From positions 1-39,457 of the forward strand of contig CALSCO010001754.1 in assembly GCA_943704415.1 (NCBI GenBank): a stretch of DNA of 39,457 bases. The letters run 5' to 3'. This stretch comes from Parvularia atlantis. Its lineage: Eukaryota. The notes below the pieces were generated by a model. That model saw only the letters and a list, made by a program, of their open reading frames with translations, had not been told where the DNA came from and ran no database searches. A program made the position numbers and the translations under genes. This document shows, in pieces, positions 29,940 to 39,457 of this stretch. Position 1 is the stretch's first letter; the number at the start of each line of letters is the position of its first letter.

Positions 29940-31601
29940 ATGGACGGTGTGTGCGCCGGCCTGCGCGTCGTGGAGCTGTCGATCTACGTGGCCGTGCCGG
30001 CCGTGGGCGGTGCGCGCGCGTGAGCAGGGTGGCTGCGGCTGCCACGGCGCCGGGCGCTGAGCCGCGCCCGCAGCGATCATGGCCGACTGGGGCGCGGACG
30101 TGATCAAGATCGAGGTGCGCGCGCGTCGTGGGCCTGCGCGCGTCGTGGGCCTGCGCGCACGCACGCGTCGCCGCTGACGATCGCCCGCAGATGCCCACGG
30201 GCGACCCCGTGCGCCGCTCGGTCGTGTCCAAGGAGCTGTCCAAGCCGCGCTCGCTCGTGTTTGAGGCGCGCACGCATGCGCGACGCTACGCATCGAACGC
30301 GCGTCCTGATCCGAGCCGTGCGGCAGGTCAACAACCGCGGCAAAAAGTCGGTCGTGCTCGATCTGGGCACGCCGGCCGGACTCGAGGCGCTGCACGGCCT
30401 GCTGGCGACGGCCGACGTCTTCGTGACCAACTTCCGCCAGGAAGTGCTCGAGTCGCTCCGGCTCACGCCCGCCGAGGTCAGCCGCCGGCACCCGCGCCTG
30501 GTCGTCGGCCTGCTCTCGGGCTACGGCAACGCCGGTCCCGAGAAGAACCGCCCGGGCTTTGACGTGACCGCGTTCTGGGCGCGCAGCGGCCTCGACAGCA
30601 CGCGCTTCCCGGCGGGCGGCGAGCCGCCGCGCGACATCCTCGGCGTCGGGTGCGGGCGACAGGCGGCTGCTGATCGCGCTCTCACGGGCGCGCACCCGCA
30701 GCGACAACACGACTGGCCTGGCGCTGCTGGCGGGTGTGCTGGCCGCGCTGCGCCACCGCGATCACACGGGCAAGGGCCAGGTCGTGACGACGTCGCTGCT
30801 GCGCGCGGCGCTGTTCGCCAACAACTGGGTGCGCGCTCTGCGGCCGTGCGCCGATTGCAGCTGACCGCGCGTCGGCAGGCCACGAGCGTCGAGCTCACGT
30901 CCAACAAGAGTACCGTGCCGCGCCCGCGCACCGAGGCGTCCAATTGCCTCCAGAACAGCTACCGCGCGGGCGACGGCAAGTACTTCTGGCTCGTGCACGC
31001 GGCCGACCGGCGCTGGCCCGAGCTTTGCAAGGCGCGGTGGCACCCTTGTCCCGCCTGCGTCGCCGTCTGACTGCGTTGTTTGCAGATCCTCGGCCACGCC
31101 GAGTGGGAGAAGGACGCGCGCTTCAGCACGCCGCTGCAGCGCGCCAAGAACGCCAAGGCGCTCATCGCCATGATCGACGCCGAGTTTGCCAAACAGCCGC
31201 TGGCGCACTGGTTGCGTCGTGCACGTGGTGTGCGTGCCGCCCGTGGCTGACGCGACTGTGTGCGCGCCACGCCGCACGCAGGGCCACGCAGTTTGACGCC
31301 AACGACCTTGTATGGGCGCCTGTGCAGACCGTGCGCGAGGTCGTCAACGACCCGCAAGTGATCGGTGCGCGCGCGCGCGCGCGCGTGGCCCCTCTCATGC
31401 TGCTGCTGCTCACGCTCGATGCTCGCAGCGGCCGGCGCATTTGCACCCATCCCGAACGGCGTCATCGCGCGCACGGTCGCCAGCCCCGTCGACTTTGAGA
31501 GCTTCCAGTCGCGCCCGCGCGGCCCCGCGCCCGACCTCGGGCAGCACACGGCCGACGTGCTCACGGCCGCGGGCGTGCCCGTCCCGCGCGCCAAGCTCTG
31601 A
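29940..31601 (+). CDS. CoA-transferase family III (CaiB/BaiF) with C-terminal PTS1 (-AKL); 9 exons
   Basis: GLRVVELS, MADWGADVIKIE, NNRGKKSVVLDL, ADVFVTNFR, PGFDVTAFWARSG, catalytic-Asp region GVGDNTTG, APDLGQHTADVL; ends RAKL-stop. Confidence 0.93.
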
Positions 31602-31626
31602 CGTTCACCCCGTCCACTCCGTGTGA

Positions 31627-32563
31627 TCACAGCTTGTTGTTGCTGCCGGCGGGGCGCGCCGCCCGTGCGGCCTGGCGCGCCTTCTCGATGTCGTCGATGA
31701 CCTCCTTGCGCACCTTGGCAAAGTCGTGGTCCTTGCGTTGGCGCATGTGGGCACATGGGTGATGCACCGTGCGTGTGCGCACCTTGAGTAGCGTCTCGTA
31801 CAGCAGGCGTAGCTTGGGGCGGCCGGCGAGCGGCGTGAACTTGAGGCGGCCGCCAAAGATCTCAATGTGCACGAGCCTGGGAAGGCGCGGGTGTCGGTCG
31901 CGTGCAGTGCACAGACGCGCACGCACATGGTACCAATGGCGATGTCGCTCAACACCGGCCGGCGGTTCTTGGTCACGAGCGGGCCCTCGATCTGCGTCTG
32001 TCGACGAGCGCATCGCTCAGTTCTGCGTGCACTGAGTGCTGTTGTGAGCGCAGACCTCGATCGCGTCAAACGCCGTGTTCATCGCCTCGATCGCCTTGGC
32101 GACCGTGTCGGCGTCGACCTTGGACCATAGCACGAACGCGTTCGCGCCGACGTACAGGTCAACGAGGCGCGAGATCTGCGCGTGCGGCGTCAGGGCGTGT
32201 GCGTGGGCGAGCGCGCAGTCGTGCGCACCGAGCGCGAGTGCGCGCGCTCCTCGGGCGCCTCGGGCAGCAGCGGCACAAACACCGGCGGGCGGCAGATCTC
32301 GGCAAAGTACTCGTTGATGACCTCGCTCTCGAAGATGTGCGCGCTGCCGATGCGGCGATGCACGTGTGAGCGCGGATGTCGTGTGTGGATGCGCGCCACC
32401 CGCTGTCGGTCACGAGCGCGGGCACCTTGCCGAGCGGGCTGACCTCGCGCAGGCCGGCCATGTCGGTGTCACGCGACACGATTGCGCAGGGGATGTTGCG
32501 CGAGTAGATGAAGTAGCGCACGCGCGCGCAGTAGGGAGACAGCTGCCAGTCGTACAGCTTCAT
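31627..32563 (-). CDS. Glutathione S-transferase family protein ending in -NKL; 6 exons
   Basis: MKLYDWQLSPYCARVR, SPLGKVPAL, IFESEVINEY, LLP..PEERA, N-cap motif LSDIA. Confidence 0.88.
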
Positions 32564-32632
32564 CCGCGGCAGTGGTAGTTGAGCTGGCGCAAAGTGCACT
32601 TGTACGCAGACAGAACGGCCACAACGGGAAGC

Positions 32633-33972
32633 ATGCCGGCGACCACACGATCGGCACGCCTCGCGGGCCCTGCCGTGCAGCTCGCGTACGAGACTGAGCC
32701 GCTGCGCAAGCGCGTACGGCGCGCGCTGGACGCCGTGGCCGAGCCCGAGACGAGCGCGGTGGCCGCGGCGGACGTCGCGAAAACGGAGGCGCCGGAAGCG
32801 GTCGCAAAGCCGCCGCGCTCGCCGAGCCGGTCGCCGAGTCGGTCGCCGCGCAAGGTAATGTGAGGCTTGAGCGCGTGCACAACGACTGACGCGCACGGGG
32901 CACCGGCAACGCAGAAGTGTGTCGAGCCGTCCGGCTGGCGCGCCAGCTACGAGGCGATCCGCGCGATGCGCGCGCAGCGACGCGCGCCCGTCGACGACAT
33001 GGGCTGCGAGCGCCTGGCCGACCCGGGCGCGGACCCAAAGGTGGCTGCGCGCGCGACGCCGGCTGCTGCACGGCGCGCTGAGGCGCACAGCGCGGCTGCA
33101 GGTGTTCCGGTACCAGTCGCTCGTGTCGCTCATGCTCAGCTCGCAAACGCGCGACGGGATGACGGCGGCCGCGATGGCCAACCTGCGCGCGGCCGGGTGC
33201 ACGCCGGCCAACATCGCGGTGCGCCTGCTGCGCGTGCCACCCGCGTGTGCTCATCGCGCGTGCACACCGTCCAGGCGATGGACCCGCAGCGCCTCGACGA
33301 GCTGATCAGGATGGTCGGGTTCCACAACAACAAGACGCGGTGCGCCGCGCGCTCGCCCGTGCCGCGTGCCAGCCGCTGAGCGGCGCGCGGCACAAGCTTC
33401 CTGCAGAGCACCGCGCGCATCCTGCTCGAGCGCTACGACGGCGACATCCCCGAGACGGTGTCGCCCGCAGCCGCTCACACGACCGACTGACCCGTGCGTG
33501 CGCGCGCGACAGCTCGAGGGCCTGCTAGAGCTGCCCGGCGTTGGGCCCAAGATGGCCTTTTTGGCGCTGCAGACGGCGTGGAACAAGTGCGAGTGCGCGT
33601 GCGCGCGTCATGCGCACGGCTGACGGGCGCACGGGCGCCAGGAACGCGGGCATCGGTGTCGACGTGCACGTGCACCGCATCACGAACCGCCTGCGCTGGG
33701 TCAACACGCTCAAGGACCCGAAGGGCCCCGAGGCGACGCGGATGGTGCGCGTCGCTGCACGTGGACGCGCGCGTGCGCTGACCAAGGCGCCCAAGGCGCT
33801 CGAGGACTGGCTGCCGCTCGAGTACTGGAAGGAGATCAACTTCATGCTCGTAGGCTTTGGCCAGACGGTCTGCCGGCCCGTGCGGCCGCTGTGCGAGGAG
33901 TGCACGCTCAATCAGACCTGCCCCGCGTCGCTGCTCAAGCCGCACAACCGGGTGAAGCGCGCGCGTGAGTGA
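32633..33972 (+). CDS. NTH1: Endonuclease III homologue (DNA glycosylase/AP lyase); 8 exons
   Basis: [25 protein letters not shown], Hh[24 protein letters not shown], 4Fe-4S motif [17 protein letters not shown]. Confidence 0.96.
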
Positions 33973-34274
33973 AAGCGTGTGGGGAGCGCAATGACTGATG
34001 GCGATCCGAGCGGCAGCCACATGACATCGCCGATCTTGGCGATCGCGCTTCTATGTAGCTGCTTTTGCAAAGCGGCGGCGGTGAGTCTTCCACCCGCACT
34101 CACGCATCGCACAACGACCACCGCCATGGACACCACGCAGAGCGTCCTCGGCGCTGTCGGCGCTGCGTCGGCGACGACGAGCACCGCGCCGCCCTTGCTG
34201 ACGGTGCGTGAGGAAAGAGTCTACAGCTGTATACGCGTCAGTTGACAATTCTGACATTGCGCAACTATTCCATC

Positions 34275-37200
34275 ATGGCGGCGAGAGGTGCGAGTGACGA
34301 GGGTCGCGCGCCGCGTGCGGCTGCCTCACGCCTCGTCGGCGCGCGCACGGCAGGCGGGAGACCGCCGCGAGGACGGCCGCCACCGCGCACAGGGGCTAAC
34401 GGCGGGGGAAGCAACGGCGGCAGCGGCGGGGGCAGCAGCCGCTACCAGTATCACAAACCAACGGCGCCTGCCGCGGCTGCCTCGACTGCTGCGCCCACGC
34501 CAGCAGCACAGCCAGCAGCACTTGCACAGCCGGAAGCAGCACCGGCCACGGCTGCGCGTACGACATCGGACTCGGCACGGCGCGCGCTGGACCTGCAGAC
34601 CGGATGGCTCTCGACCGCGACGCCCGTGCACGTCGCGCCCTACATCCCGCGGCGCGCCTGGGCCGAGCTGCCCGAGAACAGGCGCGTCGAGACGCTGCGG
34701 CAGCAGAACAAGGACCTCGAGCGCCTGCTGTTCCTGCCGCACGCGCGCTTCTGGCCGACGGTGCGTCCTGTCGCGCGCACGCACCTCGGCTGAGCCACGC
34801 GCGGCGCGAGCAGGTGCTGCAGGACCCGAGCGTGGCCGTGTTCGTCGACAGCTACGCGCGCCTCGCGCCGCGGCCGTACGAGAGCGTTGCGCCGCGCCTC
34901 AGCGACGATGACGGCGACGAGAGCGACGAGAGCGAGGCCGCCGCCCTCGAGCGTTCGCTCGCCCAGCGCGTCTTGCGCCTGGTCTGGCGCCTCGTGACGC
35001 GCGTCGAGTCGGCTGCGGCGCTGCTCTCGCCCGAGGGCTACGCCAAGCACGTGTCCAGGTCGGGCCTCGTGAGCGGTGCGTCGATGGCGATGGCGTCGTG
35101 TGCGCGCATCTGACCGTGCGCGCCAGTGTCGTTGCTGATGGACGTGAGCGCGATCTTCTGCCCGGTCAACGCGCGCCTGGTCCAGTCGGTGCAGCAGCGC
35201 GCCTTCGACCTCATGCCGGTCTTCCTCGACACGGAGGTACGAATGCCGCTGCCTGTCGCGTGCACTGATACACCGAGCGGGCAGTGCGCCGAGGCGTTTG
35301 CCGGCGTCGTGGCCACGCTCAACCGGCTCAGCGAGTCGCTCGACGGTGCGCGCGCTCGGTTGTGTTGCCGCGGAGCTCACATGCTCGGCACACACAGGCC
35401 CCGAGGCGGTCGTGCGCAGCCCGAGCTGGGATCTGGCGCGCCTGCTCGACATGCACCAGTACTACGAGGTGCTGCCTTGCGTGCGTTGCGCATGCCGACG
35501 TGCCGTGCTCACGCGCCCGCGCGCGCGCGCCTTTCATCAGGACATTGGTTGGACGCTCAAGCAGTTTTGCGACGTGTGCCCGTCATCCGTCTCGCTCAAG
35601 CTCGCGCAGACGCCCGACCTGCTCGTCGCGCTCTTGAAGGCATACGACGGCGGCCTGTCGGCGCTCGGGCACTCGTTCGACGCGCTGTTGCGGCGTGCGG
35701 CGCCCACCTCGCTCGCGGTGCGTGCGGCGCCCACCTCGCTCGCGGTGCGTGCAGTGTGTGCGCTGGGTCTGCAGCCGCTGACGGTCGCGCAGGACGACTT
35801 TGCCGAGCAGCACCAGCGCATCCGCTTGCTGTGGGTCGCGCTCGTGTACCGCCTGCTGAACGACCGCTTCTTCAGCCGTATCGGGTCCAAGGTCGGCGCA
35901 GACCTCGTCAAGGTGCCCTGCAGCGCCGTGAAGCGCGGGCGGCTAGGGCGTAAGTCTGACGCGAGCTCGCACGACAGGTGACGGAGGAGATGTACGACAC
36001 GTTCTTGCGCGCGGTCGAGCACGAGCAAGAGAACTACGACGAGTTTTCGCACCACATGCTCATGCGCGACGTCAACGAGCGCTTCCGCCTGTCGCGCACG
36101 TTGCGCGAGCTTAGCCCGCACGGGTGCGCTCTTCCACACTATTCACGTACAGGTCTCACCGCGCACGCCAGTGCCGACGCGCGCCTTGACTTTGTGCGCA
36201 TGGCCCTCGGCGACGTCGCGCTGCAAGACGGCCAGCCGGATCGGACGCCGGCCGTGGTTGCGACGGCTGGGCACACGCCCGAGGTACGCATCGTGCGATC
36301 GCACACCCGCCCGCAATCCTCACTGCTGACGCGCGTGGGCGCACAGCAACTGTCGCTCATCGCCGCGGTCAAGGACCTGCTGCCGGACCTGGGCGACGGC
36401 TTTGTGGACGCGTGCCTGCAGTACTACCACGGCGAGGTGTGCGCGCGCGTGCACGTGTGTGCGCGGACGGCATGCCTGACTGCGCACAGGTCGAGGCGGT
36501 GGTCAACGCCGTGCTCGAGGACTCGCTGCCGCCGGCGCTCAAGGCGCTCGACCGCGCAGCGCCGCACGTGCCCGTGAAGCCTGCTGCGGCACCGGCCACG
36601 CCTGCGCAGCCCTCCAAGGACAGGGGCAAGGGCAAGGCGAAGGCGGGCACGGACACCGCACCTGCGCACGCCGCAGTCCCGGCCGCTGACGCGGTCACGT
36701 CGCGCCGCAACGTCTTTGACAACGGCATGTACGACCTCAGCCAAGCGATGGGCGGCGTGCACATCAAGGGCAAGGCCAGGTTTGCGTGCGCCGCCTCAGC
36801 GGCGCTGGCGTGTGCCTGATGCGTTGGGCGCAGCCGCGGCAAGGTCGACAGCCACGTTCTCCTGTCGGGTGGCCGGCCGAGCGGGGCCGAGCGCGAGCGC
36901 ATCCTGCGCACGCAGTACGACGAGTACGAGGACGAGTACGACGACACGTTTGACGACGGTGCGGGCCACCGTGCACGCTGCCTCGCTCGCGACTCATGCG
37001 CACTCGTGCAGAGGACGTGCAGACCGGCGTGCTGCGCGGCGACGCGGGTACGGTCGAGGTGGAAGCAGACGCGTTCGACCCGGTACTGCGCACAGCCTGG
37101 TACGCATTGCTGCTCGGCTGACTGCGCGCGCCAGCTGCGTGCGTTCGACGCGGGTGTCGTGGCCGAGCTGCTGCGCGCGCGCGGCGAGGACCCGTCGGCA

Positions 37201-37698
37201 TTCGACCGCACGGCGCAGGCGCGGCGCTCGCAACTGCGCAAGCGCCTTGTCGAGCGCCTGGGCCTGAGTGACGAGCAAATCGAGGGGTGGCACATGATGA
37301 TGCTCCGGTGCGCACGGGACGCGCTGCGTGGCGGGCATGTGCGCTGATGCAACACGACACCGCCGCAGGCACCCGCCCAAGCCCAAGAGCCTCGAGGAGT
37401 TCCAGCTGCTGACAGAAGAGGCGCCCGGCGCCGGCGCGCAGGGCGGCGACGACGACGAGGGCGACGACGGGTGCGCTCGCTCGCATCCTGGCCGAGCGTG
37501 CTGACATCTGCGCGCACCGACAGCGAGCAGGGCAAAGCCGCAGCCGGCGGGCGGGGCCAAGGACGCGGGCGCGGCGGACGAGGCGGTGGTGGCGGCGGGC
37601 AGGGGCGCGGGCGCGGCGGCGGCCAGCCGCCCAACCGGCGCGACGCGCAGCTGCAAAAGATGAACCGGGGCATGGGCGGGCCGCTGGCCTCCTCCTGA
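34275..37698 (+). CDS. ASCC2: ASCC2 / Cue3 (CUE-domain subunit of the ASC-1/RQT complex); about 17 exons
   Basis: LLFLPHARFW, CUE domain IAAVKDLLPDLGDGFVDACLQYY...VVNAVLED.LPP.L, RRNVFDN, YEDEYDDTFD, LGLSDEQIEGW, RGG-rich tail. Confidence 0.87.
35694..35752 (+). repeat. Perfect 27-nt tandem duplication spanning an ASCC2 exon-intron boundary
   Basis: cgtgcggcgcccacctcgctcgcggtg twice (35694-35720, 35721-35747) followed by cgtgc. Confidence 0.95.
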
Positions 37699-37815
37699 TA
37701 GTCCGCATTCTGAGCATTCTGATCATGACAAGCTCGCTCTGCTCCGCAGTCCTTGGTTACGCCGAATTCTTCAGCCGTCTGATCATGCACCAGCTACGTA
37801 GTGAGCTTTCGCTCG

Positions 37816-39177
37816 TCACCGCTTGCGGAAGGCAAAGACGTTGTACAGCCCGGCGGCCTCCCACTCGTCGGCGGGGACGGTGCCCTCCGCGTTGAACACC
37901 TTCATCCTGTGCACCTGCTCAGCCGCCAGACGCACACGCCGCACGTGTGCCCGTACCGGTCGAGCAGGTCGGCGTTGACCGCACGGTGCTGCTCGAAAAA
38001 CTCGTGGAACGGTATGTCGAGCTCGAGCTCGAGGCCGTGCTCCTCGGCGATACTGCGCTGCGGCTGAGCGCCCCCACGGTGCACACACTCGCGCGGCGCA
38101 CCTGCGCAGCGTGGGCATGTGCGTGACGTACTCGGGCAGATCGTCGATCGCGTCCTCCAGACGGAACGTGTAGCGGTAGCCAAACAGCGGCGGCGGCTCC
38201 TGCGCCACCGTGTCAGCCTCTGCGACGTGGCCGTCGGGACACGCACGATCCGCTTGTCGAAGCGCACTTGGTACACGGCGTTGCCAAACGCGAGCTCGCC
38301 TTCGGGCAGCTCGCGCAGGCGCCGGCTGCCGCGCACAGGCATGAGCACGCGCAGGCTGCAGGAGGGCGTGCGCGCGCACGCACATGAGCCGGCACGCGTT
38401 CGGCAGCGTCCCGACAAAGTGCCCGCCCGACCGCAGGCGCGCGGCGGCGTTGCGCATGAGCTGGCGTGCCTGTGTCGCTGTTCAGCTGCTGATGAAGACC
38501 GCGCGCGCGGGGCCGCGCGCCTTCGCCTCGCTCTCGAAGCTGTAGTGCAGCGCAAACTGGCAGCTGACGAGGTCAAACTGGCGGCCGGACGGGAACACGC
38601 CCTCGCGGTCGAGGTCGATCTTGCGGGCGCGCGCGTCTGTAGTCAGCCGCCTTGGTCGTCACACGAGCGTGCGCGTGCCCTGCAGCAGTCGACCGCGACA
38701 AAGTCGGCGCGGAACGCCTGCGGTCGGCCCGCGAAGCGCCGTCGCGCCTCGTCGATGGACCCGTCGGCGATGTCTGGCGGCGTTCCGTGCTGAGCCTCGC
38801 AGTCCTCTGAGAGGGCACGTCGCGCACCGGCGCCAAAGATGTAGCCGACCCGCGCCGCCGCAAACTTGAGCAGGTCGCCGCCCTTGCCGCAGCACAGGTC
38901 GAACACGGCCATGCCACGCTCGAGGTACTGCGCACGATCAGCCGCGGATGGGGGCGCGGCGCGGCGAGGGCGCACCAGGCCAAGCAGCACGCTCTTGATC
39001 CAGTTGTTGAGGTTGCGCAGTTGGAGGATGCGCGACTGCGGGCGCTCGTCGAGGCCGCGCTGCGCCCCTCGCGGCGACGTGAGCGGACGGCCGTGGGGCG
39101 ACGGGGAGCGACGGACGCACGTGGCGCGCATTGTAGTGTGCGCGCACATCGGCCGCGAGATCGCCCTGTTCGTCCAT
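37816..39177 (-). CDS. RNMT: mRNA cap guanine-N7 methyltransferase; about 10 exons
   Basis: VRAHYNAR, SRILQLRNLNNWIKSVL, VFDLCCGKGGDLLKF, FDLVSCQFALHYSFESE, GGHFVGTLPN, FGYRYTFRLEDAID..PEY, LYNVFAFRK. Confidence 0.96.
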
Positions 39178-39337
39178 CTGTAAACCGTGGAGACCTTTTC
39201 GCGCTTTATGAAGCCTGAGCAAAGTACGCACTTCTCTCCATTTTCTCTTTTCCGTCTGCGCACTCTGCTCCAGTGAGCGATTCCGCTTTGTTTGCTTTTG
39301 CACAAAATAATGTTTGCAATTCGGCTTTACAGGTGCG

Positions 39338-39345
39338 TATAAAAG
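39338..39345 (+). promoter_or_regulatory. TATA-box-like element in the AT-rich region upstream of RNMT
   Basis: TATAAAAG within a low-GC stretch, upstream of ATGs at 39369 and 39404. Confidence 0.35.
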
Positions 39346-39457
39346 TGCGCGCCTTGTGTCTTTCCAACCATGATGAACCATTATGCTATTCTGATCTGCA
39401 AACATGTCTGCATCAACGACCACACACGTGTTCCTATCAGGCAAGGAGATCCGCAAG

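Noticed and set aside
30119..30157. 17-nt tandem duplication (gcgcgtcgtgggcctgc) in a CoA-transferase intron
   Set aside because: Intronic slippage repeat with no evident effect on splice sites.
37699..37800. Repeated CATTCTGA / TCTGATCATG motifs resembling snoRNA D boxes
   Set aside because: No convincing box C, terminal stem or recognisable rRNA guide; probably convergent 3' UTR sequence.
32633..39177. NTH1-ASCC2-RNMT as a functional DNA-repair/RNA cluster
   Set aside because: Housekeeping genes from different pathways; adjacency is explained by genome compaction.
39370..39397. A-box-like TAGCATAATGG on the minus strand suggesting a tRNA
   Set aside because: No B-box/T-loop or cloverleaf follows.
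1..39457. Hundreds of overlapping Arg/Ala/Pro-rich ORFs in the six-frame track
   Set aside because: Shadow ORFs caused by high GC and few stop codons; the real genes emerge only after splicing.
1..39457. Prokaryotic operon, defence island, CRISPR array, rRNA or transposon
   Set aside because: Spliceosomal introns and eukaryote-specific genes occur throughout; no repeat-spacer array, rRNA, transposase, reverse transcriptase or terminal repeats were seen.

Overview
Gene-dense, very GC-rich eukaryotic genomic DNA, not a prokaryotic region. Most genes are split by many tiny spliceosomal introns (about 50-75 nt; donor GTGCGC/GTGCGT, CTGAC/CTCAC branch-like motif, little polypyrimidine tract), so the raw ORF track is misleading. 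By splicing by eye I recover 15 protein-coding genes: a PASK-like kinase, complex I subunit NUXM, ATG3, U2A', two paralogous ankyrin-LRR-Roc-COR (Roco) genes pointing away from each other, a tail-anchored TPR protein, a PMCA-type Ca2+-ATPase, a highly degenerate eIF2A-like protein, DUF1295, a family III CoA-transferase, a GST, NTH1, ASCC2/Cue3 and the mRNA cap methyltransferase. Architecture and gene content suggest a compact-genome unicellular opisthokont such as a nucleariid (inference, unverified). The most unusual element is the Roco pair. Each has a PH domain inserted inside the Roc GTPase just after the P-loop, has no kinase, and ends in a shared unrecognised helical domain. One copy has a degenerate G3 motif. 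Other points of interest are five probable GC-AG introns, two convergent genes ending in PTS1-like tripeptides, and a duplicated splice donor. Exon boundaries were inferred by eye without RNA evidence; CDS coordinates span first to last codon including introns.
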